From: Ptychomitrium polyphyllum
Lineage: Eukaryota
Assembly (NCBI GenBank): GCA_973851085.1
Contig: OZ316775.1
Location: 8,990,001 to 9,054,000, forward strand
DNA: 64,000 bases
Direction of reading: 5' to 3'
In this document: positions 40,201 through 52,266 of the stretch, piece after piece
Layout of the letters: the number at the start of each line of letters is the position of its first letter
Position numbering within the stretch: position 1 is the first letter of the stretch
Notes under the pieces: generated by a model
What the model saw: only the letters and a program-made list of their open reading frames with translations
Told to the model about the DNA's origin: nothing
The model's database searches: none
Translations under genes and position numbers: made by a program

Positions 40201-42659
40201 TTATTACCTGGCCCTTACTAGGTATGTGGGACTTGCATCTAATTTAAGGCTCTACCTAAGCCCTTCTAGGCAATGCCAAAGTAAGAGCAAACTCCATACA
40301 AAATTACACATAAAATGTAGAATGGCAAGCTTCCAATCTATAAGGCCTACGTTTGCTTCCATAGCCTTTGCCTACCCATTTAAAGGCCCACGCCTTATTC
40401 AATGGACTTGTGCTTGGCTATGAGGGATTGTGCCCACTCCTTTGTGGAGCATACACTTGGCTAGATAGAGGTAAGCGCTCAAAACAAAATTTGGATCCAT
40501 GGATGGCCTATAATTTGGTTTCAATCACGCTATAGTTGAAAGGAAGTTGCCAAGTTCCATGACAATGGCTAAGCAAGGAAGAAGCTCTAATCGTGGCCAT
40601 GAATCTAATTGAGTGATCAAACTAAAAAACAGTTGACAATTTTTACAAGATCTTATATTATTCCTTTATTAGCAACTATTATTAAATAGTATCCGCCGGT
40701 GGACTCATGAACATATCAAAAAGAAGAAGGATTAAACGTATAGTTGTGAAAAAATCACATGACATTCTTATGTTGGAAGTGAAGAAATTTAATTTAAAAT
40801 CTGAAGTATATATATCACATATGTTATATGACAATAATGAATTAACAAAAGGGGAAGATGTATTTGAGGATGACTCTAGGTACTATGTGACAATATTGTT
40901 GTTGTAAGGGGAGTTGCTATAAATACAAAGAGTGATTATAGACAATTCAAATCGAACAAGAATATAAATTTCAAAGAATGATGTGTAATATTTGGATTAA
41001 TTAGGTTATTTGTGTAAAGAAAATGTTGAATTTATATATCTATATTTATAAATTATATGAGCTTATATCAATATGCAGTTTATCTTATATCTATTATTAA
41101 TTTGAATTTTGATTAATATGGATATTGATCAACATTGAGACCATGAACTTATGCATAGATATTTTCAATTCAAAATAAATCAAGATTTAGTATGCTTTAT
41201 AATATTTGTTAAAGTATTTTAAACTTTTAAATTCTCTATGTCCTTGTTGGGCCATTTGGCTTCAATTACTAGCCACCTATAGCTATGGCTTCTACTGCAT
41301 TTCTTTGCATGCATTTTCTATTATGTGCCTTCAATACATGTACAAATCCATCTCTCCTCAATGGACTACCATGCCATAGTTTCTTCCACTACATCACAAG
41401 GTACTAATAATTAAAGGTGAATTGTAAATTAAAAAATTCAATTGAATTTTTTGTTTTGAACGAAATTGTCTCTTACTTTGTCTTGTCTGAAAAGAACCAC
41501 TTTTGAGCCATATCCACCTAGTATGACAACATTGAATATAATTTATTCTTTATATTGATTTTATTTCTTATTAAAAATATTAAAAAACCTATTTAGATAT
41601 ATGATTCTTTTTATATCAGAAGGAATTTTGGAAATTAAGAAATTATACAATTCTCTATTTTGAATAATTCCAATTTTTTTTCTCAAGCCCAAAGTTATTG
41701 TAACAAGGACATATAAACAATCAACTTATTTTTAGAAAAAATCTTGAGAAAAAGAATGATTTACCATCACTTCACATTAATGCTTGTTTAAGAAAATGAA
41801 GTAGTTATAGTTCTTTTGGCTAATATATTTTGGATTAATTGATATATAAGTGCTTTATCTTTTTATGCATTAAATGCTTTATCTTTTTGTGTAAGATGAA
41901 AATTTCTATCACAAATGTCAATTTATATATGGCCCTAATAATAATTAATCAAAGTCTTGGACCTAAGGTCATTTTTGTTTCATTGGCCCTTTCTTAATTT
42001 GGGAATCCTTTGTAATTAGGTGAGAATTTATCACATGGTTGAAGTTTTAAAACATAAATTATGATATTCACTTCAATACTAACCTTTGGATAATGAATTC
42101 TTATAGTGTCTTAGAATACCATATTTGTTAAATACAATGTCTGTTAAATAGGTATATTCCTTGGATTTAGATTACTAAAACTAATGTAAAAGTGGCAAAC
42201 TTAATATTGTGAGAACAATGAGATTGCCAAATTAACAAATATGGCGTTTTGAATAAGTTTTCTGAAATGTAAAAGGCAGAGGTTGTAAAGCTTACTATAT
42301 CCTATGACTTGCCACAGAGTCTGTGACTTGAAATTGCACAATTGTTTCAATCAGTCACCCTGCAATGAACTCTTGTGTAGCGTGTCCAGAGCTTGTATTG
42401 AGTTGCAGTTGTGACTCGGCTTCAACCAGCAAGAGAACTCGTGACTCACTGGAGGGGATAATTATTTGTTAAAAAGGAAGAAAAAGAAAAAGAGGGGAGG
42501 CGAATCGATGGAGTGTAGGGGCATACAAGCATCTCAGACTATGCAGAAATAGACAACAGTTTGTTTGCACATGAGGGCCACTGAGGCCCGCATTGGAAGA
42601 ACTCACGGATCAGGGTGGCTGGCTGTGAGGAGAGCAAGGACTGCAGGCCAGTGGAGGCA

Positions 42660-43385
42660 ACTATAAACGTGACCCCAAGTGCTTCTTTCACATGCGTTTC
42701 TTCCCTCCCTCATTCTTCTCCGGACCGGCACCGGAGGCCCTGCTCATCACAATCTGGGTATGCATCCTTCTGTTGCTTACTTGTACACTCTGGTTTGTTT
42801 TTCTGCAATCCAGTGATGCTAGGACCTGTCATGGAGTTTGGTGGAGGAGGTCCAGAGTTTACCCTTGTTTCTGGTTGCTTTCAGAATAAGTACTGTGATA
42901 ATCGATGTTATGTATATTTAGTGTACTTGGGATCGTTGTATTCTAAGGATTAAAAGTAGCTCTTCTTTCATAGTTGGAAGGGTATTTTAGTGTTGAGGTT
43001 TGTTGTTGGAGGTTGCTGGAGACTGATGAAGTCTATTATGTTGCTGCTCAGTTACAAGCTTTGCAATGTGTATCTGTTTGGTCTAATTGGAAATTAAGCG
43101 AAAGGTTGCAGCTGCAGGTATTATCCTGTGAGTTTCCACACTTTGTGGTTTCGGCTGTTGTAGAAAACTTTATCGAGTTCACAATTTGAGAATCCAAGTT
43201 ACCATTGCTAGAATTGTTGGTGCATTTGTATGTGGAGATGTCAGTAAGGGCAGGCAGACTTTACAGGACCTGCTCATATTTTCACATCACGCGTTTCTAT
43301 ACAACTGTATTCAAAGACGACTTTCTTTTGCAGAATCTTCACATGGAAGATGAGCTTGGAGCTTTCTGGGATGATTTCTAGTGAG
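42660..43385 (+). other. Putative unannotated spliced transcript (lncRNA, pri-miRNA or small-ORF gene)
   Basis: TATAAA at 42662 in a GC-rich island, then a CT-rich leader, a donor G|GTATGC (~42758), an acceptor TTTTGCAG (~43333) and a donor TA|GTGAGT (~43381). No recognisable protein. Confidence 0.35.
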
Positions 43386-45712
43386 TTAATCAAATCTCGT
43401 GATTTTAAGTCCTATGGGATGATGACTGTTAATTACAATGCTTAAAAAATATCAGGCACTAACCCTTCTGAGCTAAGTGGATAAGGGTAAAAAGCAAGGC
43501 ATAGGTGCATCCATAATGAAACGAGGGTGTTTGAAAACTTGCTTTCACATGTGTAATATCTATAATTCAGAGGGTAGGGTATGATGAATGTCTTAGCAAC
43601 CATATCATCTTAGACCCAGTAGGTATTATTTCAAGAAGGCCTCTTTCCATTGCACTTGGGCTTCACAACTCCATGTGAGCCCTTGTTGTTTTGTCTATCA
43701 CTCTTGAGCTATGACATAATTCAATGTGAATTCATCTTTGTGTTTGGAAAATGTTCCTTTTCAAGCTCTTTGAAATATAATAGAGACTCTATTAGAAAAA
43801 CTTTGAGTTTGATGATAACTTTACTAGATATCATGACAGATCCACCTGAATGAGGTTGTCCTAATGTGAAGAAGCAATATGATCTACTTTCTTATAATTA
43901 ACATGCAAACTGCATTTGCTTTAAGGATATCATAGCAGCCATGGATTTGTCAATCAGTGAATTTGAAATAAAATTTCACATGTCAGTTTCTTGTAACAAG
44001 CTTGCTGCAATAACACTTTTGTGGACACCATCACAATTCAAGTGCAATAACAATTTTTTTTGTAATGAATATGTTTTTATTGTAGAATTGAGTGTGCTGT
44101 TATCAAGTGTTGTAAGTGATTGGGAGAATGTTACAGGATATTGTAATCTTGAAAAGATCCATGACAGTGCTGTATTATTGTTTCAGTAACATACTTGCAC
44201 ACCTAGAATACCCGTGTTGATTTGCAAAAAAGCAGCTGCTTGATTTATATAAGTTGTACCTGTAACACAGTTTTTATGGAAAAAACAAAGTATTATATCC
44301 ACGAGGTATCAGAGAACTGGAGCTCGAAGCTAACAATAAGTGTGGTGAATAAGGTACAACTGCCTGAAAAAGATCACACTACGGTATGTGTGATATCACT
44401 TTAGGGAGAATTGCATAAATATTGAGCACATGACGGGTTTTTAAAGTGAAATTTCATAGACTTCCTACTTTTTATCATGGTTTACTTTACAATAGAATAT
44501 GAAGAATCCAAACATAGCTATTAAAAAGGTGAAACAAATCCATTACTACCTTAATACGGAATCTTTCCTTTTGCAAACATTGCATAAATTTTTAATAACT
44601 TTTAGTGGTTACAAAATACGGTTTGAAGTCCAATGTAACAAAATTCATCTTTTTCTTAAAAATTAGATTGGTTATAAATTTCCATAATGAATTTCAATAA
44701 AATGCCAAAATATGATAGTGAATTAGCTCATTAACAATCAACCACTTAGTGAATGCAGAATTATTAAGATTCCATTCAGTAACCACCATGGATCAAGCTT
44801 ATAATTTTAAATTTATGAAAATGTCATATTTATATATGACATGTTTTTTCTTATTTTTGAGAGGATAAAACATCAACAAACATTTAGATATTTTGATTTT
44901 ATAAAATATGCGCTTTAAATTGGCCTTATTGATATTTGTGTAAACATCTTCATGGCATTTTCCTGCGTCATGTGATATTTTCATAAATATTATGTTTTAT
45001 ATTTATCACTTGTTTTTTTTTCAATCTAATGTAAACCTGCATTTTTCTTCCATTACTACAAGCGCACGATCCTATTTGTTTCTAAATTCAACGTATTGTC
45101 ACTACTCATCAAGCCTAAATCACTAATAATAAAAATTTGGTAGTTACTATTAATAATACACATGGTGGTTTTTGATTTTCTAATGATTGTAGTTATATAT
45201 AAGGAAAGGTGATAATGATAGTTCTACCTTAAATTTGATATTGCATGGTCACTTTTAAAATAAAATAAAATAAAAAGATGCTTTATTTAAATTGAACCAA
45301 TTAAATTCTAATGTCTTAAGCAACTATTTTATTATTAATAAAGGATCCAATACAATCAATGCATATATAAAAATCTGTAAGCAAATAAAATATTTTAAGT
45401 GTATACAACAAACCAAATTCTAAATATGTGGTTAAAATTCCGAAATTCTAGGATTATTCCTAGATTTTCTACAAGATTTTAAGTGTAAGAGTTCAAATGT
45501 TGTAAAGCGCATTTTAGCAATTATATCTTCTCATTGAAAAATCTCAATTTTGATGATTTAAATGTTTTTACTACATTTGAATTTAACTAAGAAATTAAAT
45601 TTTATCATTTGATGACATTTCCATTTATAATGTTAGAATTTCAAAATTAAATTGTTCATTCCAGTTACAATTGTAGTACCTATTCATGCAAAACAATCAA
45701 TTTGTTTTAAAG

Positions 45713-46307
45713 TGTCACGGACATAAATCATGCAACATAGTCCTTAGAACATTTTAGAACTATTTGGTATATTATAATAGCTTCTCAGAATAATTTTAAA
45801 TGTCTCCATAGCCTTTCCATGTTTTTAGGAAGCTTTCTAGGAAAATTCTACCACCTTATAAAACTTCCTAGGAAGGTTCTATTTTTTTATAAAATTTCCA
45901 ATGAAGGCTAAGTCATCTAACATAACTTCTTACGTAACTTCTTAAAAAGCTTCCTAAGAAAGTTCCATTACCTTAGGAAATTTCCAAGGAAAATTCCAAC
46001 ATTTTAGGAAACTTCCATGGAAGGTTCCGATTCCTTGGAAGCTTCTTAAGAAGGTTCCCTAGACTTCTAGAATGTTCTTAAGCCTTGTAGGAAGCTTCTT
46101 TGGAAGTATCCTAAGAGATACAAGTGTCATAGTATAAATAGGAAGCAAGACAAGGTATTCCTTACTCTTACCAACACAAGTTGTGAATCATCTTGACTCC
46201 TGTTTTGTTCTAGTATTTGTATCAAGTTCTTGTTAATCATTAGCTCTTTGGAAGCTAATTCTTGGGAAACACTTCGTTTCTACTTCTTGTTTCTTGTGTC
46301 CCTAATA
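45713..46307 (+). repeat. 5' LTR (595 bp)
   Basis: Begins TGTCA and ends CCCTAATA (CA decayed to TA). TATAAATA at 46133; internal ~30-bp degenerate subrepeats. Confidence 0.9.
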
Positions 46308-49300
46308 GTTTGGCAAGACTACTCTTCATCTTTGTTAGAGCCAAGGTTCTTTGAAGAAGATAGTGGATTATTCATCTTCTTTAGGATTCTATAGCATCTT
46401 AGAGGTTGCAAATTACCCTCCTCTAAGCTAGCACCGTATAACTGGTTTATCTTTCTAGTACCAAGTACTACTTTTTTCAAAGGATGTGGATTATCCTCCT
46501 TTGAAGGTACTCATAGTTTTCTTGTCTTTTACAGTCTTAAGAAATGTGCTTGGAATACCAGAGAATAGATTTGCAACTATTGCAGACCTTCAAGAGTTAT
46601 TAAACATAGTTTGAACGGAATTTGTTTGCTTCAACACAACCAACAATTTAATGCAACACACTCGACAAGCTGAAGAATCCAATGGTCATATTCAAAGTCT
46701 ATATTAAAAAGTTGTTTGATTGCAAGAGGCCAATATTGAAAGCTAAGGCTTACGTTGAATCCATGTAAAGCCAAAGATTAGCATGCCAGATAAATTTGAT
46801 GGATCAAGATAAAAATTGACAGACTTTGTTCAACAAGTAAGGCTCTTCTTTAATTTGTATCAATCTCGCTATTCTGATGGCACAATTCAAGTGGAATTTG
46901 TGGCCACTCTTTTATCAAATTATGCACTATTGTCGTTTGCACCAATAATAGAGAAGCAGTCATTATTATTGAACATCTTAGATGCTTTTATAGCAGCATT
47001 GACATCTGCTTTTAGAGACATTGATTGAGAGAGGGTGGCTGAAACAAGGATCCAAAGTCTATAATAAGGACAACGCTTAGCCGCTCCATATGCTGCAGAG
47101 TTTTGACAACTAGCTTGGGACCTTGATTGGAATGATAAGGCCTTGGTTACACGATTCCGATGGAGCTTAAGAAAGAATGTAAAGGACTTACTACTCATAG
47201 TGCCAAAAGTTGAAAGTTTGGACAAATTCATCACTCAAGCAATAGCATGTAACAACAGACTATTTGAGAGACGCCAAGAACAACGCTTGGGATGGCGACC
47301 AATACATCAAAGCATGGCTACCACTTCTTCAAGAGTATTGGAAAGCCGACCACAAGAACCTGAATCTATACAAATTGATGCTGTTTAGTTTAAACGTTTG
47401 GCTCCAGAAGAACAAGAAAGGCATCGAAGAGAAAACCTATGTTTGTATTATGGCAAGTCTGGTCATAAAATGCGCGATTGCCAAATAAAAAGATTTGCCT
47501 TTAAGGCTCAAAGCACAATGGTGGATTTGGAAGTAAGGCTGTTTAGTCACAGTAGGGACCATGCAATTGGACACCACAAGGAAACGACCATCAAATCAAG
47601 TTTTCTTATTACCTTCAAGCCATACTTCTTGTTTTACATTTCCTATCAAAATTAAATTGTTAGATGATGAAATAGTTAGTGAGGCTCTATTAGACACTGG
47701 TGCAATGGCATGTTTCATGGACAAGGATTTTGCAACCCAACATCACATGGTGCTTGTGAACAAAAAATACCCCGCACATATTGAAATTATTGATGGACGA
47801 TTTCTTGCATCTGGCAACGTTATTGAAGAAATTCAACCCTTGGAGGTTGTTTTAGGAAATCAGGCATCTAAAATTGTCTTCAACATCATTCAATGCCGAA
47901 CAAATTTATTGTCTTGGGCCTCTTTGTTTTGAATTATATGATCTAGACATTGATTGGCGCTCATGGAGTGTGGTCTCAAGGAAAAGACGTCATGGTACAA
48001 GAAATCTTGGACCATCATTTATTGGAGCTAAGGCATTTATGAGAGCGGCAAAAGATGAACCAATCTATGCCATTTATGCTACACCAATGTCCAGCTTTAT
48101 AATAGAGATTAATCAAAACATACCTTGTCAATATCAAGATTATAAAGATGTTTTTGAGAAGAAGAATGTGGACATATTATCAAAGCATTAGCCTTATAAT
48201 TGTACCATTGAGTTGCAAGAAGGAGCCCAACCACCTTTTGGACCTATTTATAACTTATTACAAATCAAGTTGATTGCCTTGAGAGAATATTTTGATGAAA
48301 ACCTCGAAAAGGGTTTCATTCAATACTCTAAGTTTTTTGTTGGAGCACCTATTCTATTTGTAAAGAAAAAAGATGATTCATTATATATGTGCTTGAACTA
48401 TCAAGGCCTCAATAAAGTAATATAAAAAAATTGTTATCCATTAACATTGAATTCATGGCTCCTACAATAACTTGGCCAAGCAAAGATATTCACCAAAATT
48501 GATCTTAGAGGAGCTTACAATCTTGTACATATCAAAGAAGGAGACAAATAGAAGAAAGTTTTTTGATCTAGGTATAATCATTTTGACTACAATGTCCTGC
48601 CTTTTGGCCTTACTAATGCCTCCGCAGTCTTTCAACATATGATGAATGATATCTTCCATGAACATTTGGACGATTTTGTAGTCATTTACTTGGATGACAT
48701 TTTGATATATTCCAAAGATGAACAAGACCACAAATGTCATTTACGACTAGTCTTAAAAAAATTAAGCCTGCGAGGATTATATGCAAAATTGGAGAAGTGC
48801 CTTTTCCATGAATCCTCGTTGAATTCTCAAGCTACATCATTTCCAAAGGAGGAATCCATATGGATAAGAAGAAAATAAGCATTGTCTTGGAGTGGAGTAC
48901 GCCAAGATCAATTTGAGATGTTCAATGCTTCTCGGGATTTGTAAACTTTTACAGAATATTCATCAAGGATTATTCCAAGATTGCGGCACCATTGACACGT
49001 CTTATATGGAAGGAAAAATTCACTTGGATTGAAGAAGCGGAAAAAGCATTTCAAGGTCCTAAGAAGTCATTTACGTTGGTTCCAATTCTTATACATTTAA
49101 GTCAATGAAAGCCTTTATATTTGGAAGCGGATGCCTCAAATTTTGCGCTTGGCTTAGTGCTCTCACAATATGATGAAGACGGAAGACTTCACCCTATTGC
49201 CTTTTGTTCAAGAAAATTCTTAGCGGTAGAGATCAACTATGATATACATGATGAAGAACTACTTGCAATTGCGGATGCGTTTGAAGAATGGCGACAATTG

Positions 49301-51695
49301 TTGGAAGGAGCTCAATATACTATCACGATATATATAAATCATAAGAACTTGGAGTATTTCAAAAGTGTGCACGTTTTAAATTGCCGTCAAATAAGATGGA
49401 GTATGTTGCTTTCCAGATTTGACTTTGTCATTATCTATCGACTTGATAGTCTATAATGTAAGCCAAATGTCTTAACTCAAAGATCTTATTTACCTCCTCA
49501 ACCTAGAGATGATGTTTTGGATCAACAAAGGACTACTTTATTGAAGCCAGAGAACCTTCAATTGAAAGCAGCAATTATTACTACAACATCCCATCTTGAC
49601 AAAATTTGGAAGGCTTTGAAGAATGATATCTTTGTTTCAAATATAAGAAAGCGCTTCAAAGACAATGAACGTCCTTCAAATAGCAATGAGGACTTTGAAT
49701 TCCAAAAGGACCTACTTTATTATAAAAGGACTTTTGTACCTACCTCCAGGCCCGTTGCGGTTGAAGATCCTTCAAGCACATCATGATTTTCCATCAGCAG
49801 GACATTTTGGATTCAATAAAACAATGGAACTAATTGCTAGAGACTATTGGTGGCCACAAATGTGAAAATACGTGAAGCACTTTCTTCAATCATGCGACAC
49901 CAGGATAAAGCTAAGGTACCAAGATACCAACTTCATGGTCTCTTCTATCCGTTTCCAATGCCAAAGGATCCATGGTTGTCTTTATTAATGGATTTTATCA
50001 CGGACCTTGTAAAACTCCGCTTCTAAGGATTCTATTTTGGTAGTGGTAGATTGATTTACTAAAATGGTACATTTCATTCTATGCAACAAGACGGTAACAG
50101 GAGAAGAAACTACCAAGTTCTTCCTAAATCACATCTACCGCATATATGAACTATTAGATGATATTATATCCGATCGAGGGCCGTAGTTCATTTCCAACTT
50201 TTGGAGGGCTCTATTCTAGCTGTTGCGTATAAAGATCAATCTTTCTTCAGTACACCATCCACAAATTGATGGCCAAACGGAACGTGTGAATTTAATTTTG
50301 GAGCAGTACCTTCGTTGTAGCATTAACTACCAGCAAGACAAGTAGATGGCCCTCTTGCTTTTGGCAAAATTTGCTTACAACAATACGGTGCATTTTTCAA
50401 CAATTCAAAGTCCATTCTTTGCAAACTATGGCCATCATCCTCGAGCAAATCCATTTCAAGTGAAGCATGTTGGAAGTCCTGCAACAGAGGATTTTGCAAT
50501 TCAACTTGCTAAAATCCATCAATAAATTGCTTTTTAGTTACAACAAGCTGAAGATTGTTACAAATCTTATGCAGATTGCCATCGGAAGGACCATCCAAAG
50601 TTCAAGGTTGGAGATAGCGTATGGCTCCTATGACAAAATATACAAACAAAAAGACCATCAAAGAAGTAGGTCTATCAAAGGTTGGGACCGTTTGAAATCA
50701 GAATACAGATAAATCTGATTACTTATAGCCTAAAGCTACCACCAAGCATTCAAATTCATCCAGTATTCTACGTATCATTGTTAGAAAACCTATCACAAAT
50801 CATGTATACCAGAGAGAATTGTCCCTCCGCCTCCTCCGTTGGAAATCAATAATAAAATGGAATATGAAGTGGAAGAGATCTTAGATTCACGCACCAAGAA
50901 TGGATGTGTGGAGTATTCTATGCATTTGCAAAGATAAGGCATCAATGACCAAACATGGGAACCTTCAACGATTGTAACAAATGCATCCGAGAAGGTATAC
51001 GAATTTCATCAAAGATATCCTTGGAAACCAGGTCAGTGATGATGTGTCATCAGCAGCCGTTAGCTTCATGGAGAAGTTTTTCTTTCATAGATAAGTATAA
51101 CAAAGGGAGGAGAGATATCCAAACCTCCAATTGTATGTAGCATTATTTCCAAGATAGATTATTTCTGGATCCTAGTTAGTATGTCAAATCTTTGTGTTAT
51201 CATGGATATACGTGAAGAGCAGTCGACCATGCCTTCATCAACAACAGCATCTGTTGAGCCAACTCAACTTTCTCAGCCTTCAGTAATGGAAGATCTAAGC
51301 CAAGATATGAAAAGGACATTCCAACATCGAGTATGACCTCGTGCAAAAATATTGGCTAGTCGCCCTTCACATTCCAACCTTCATTTAGATGTTCACACTC
51401 TAGTCATCTTGTTAGAAATTGGAAGAGTTCTTCGTGGAAGATACGAGATCTTGTTTGGAAGATGTTTTGAAGGACTTAATCAAGATCAGATCTTGGAATT
51501 GGGCATTTTAACAACAAAAGTCTTGGCTGGTGATCAACGGCATTTCTTACAAAGACCAGTTGAACTAGTTGAATAAAGAACAACGAGCAGAACATGTTGC
51601 TTTACTTCTTCGACAAATTTTGGAATTTGTGGAAATGTAACAAACAAACTTCAAAAAGAGCTCCTCATGAGACTTGTTGTTAAATGGGAATGTCA

Positions 51696-52266
51696 TGTCA
51701 TGATCATAGATCATGCAACATAGTCCTTAAAACATTTTGGAACCTTCTCGTATACTATAATAGCATCTTAGAATACATTTAAATCTCTCCATAGCCTTTC
51801 CATGTTTTTAAGAAGCTCTTAGAAAAAAATTTCTATCTTAGGAAATTTCCTAAGAAGGTTCCATCACCTTAGGGAATTTCCTAGGAAAGTTCCACCACCT
51901 TATAAAACTTCCTAGGAAGGTTCTACTTCTTTAGAAAAATTCGTAGGAAGGCTCCGTCATCTCAAGTAATTTTCTAAGAAGATTCCAATATCTTAGAAAA
52001 CTACTTAGAAAGGTTCTTTAGATTTTTAGAACATTCTTAAGTCTTGTAAGAAGCTTCTTCATAATTATCCTAGAAGATACAAGCGTCATAGTATAAATAG
52101 GAGGCAAGACAAGGTATTCCTTAGTCTTACCAATACAAGTTGTGGATCATCTTGAGTCTCGCCTTGTTCTAGTCTTTGTATCAAGTTCTTATTAATCATT
52201 AGCTCCTTGGAAGCTAATTCTTGGGAAACACTTTGTTTCTGCTTCTTGTTTCTCGTGTCCCTAACA
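51696..52266 (+). repeat. 3' LTR (571 bp)
   Basis: Begins TGTCA and ends CCCTAACA. TATAAATA at 52092; collinear with the 5' LTR. Confidence 0.9.

Larger units (their letters stand above)
45713..52266 (+). mobile_element. Full-length, inactivated Ty3/gypsy LTR retrotransposon (chromovirus, Tf1/Tcn1-like)
   Basis: Paired LTRs at 45713-46307 and 51696-52266, with a 5-bp TSD TAAAG/TGAAG. Internal domains in gypsy order: gag (PDKFDG ~46787; zinc knuckle CLYYGKSGHKMRDC ~47440), protease ALLDTGA (~47683), RT YLDD (~48687), RNase H EADAS (~49124), integrase (GHFG ~49800) and chromodomain EYEVEEILDSR (~50860). Numerous stops and frameshifts. Confidence 0.95.
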
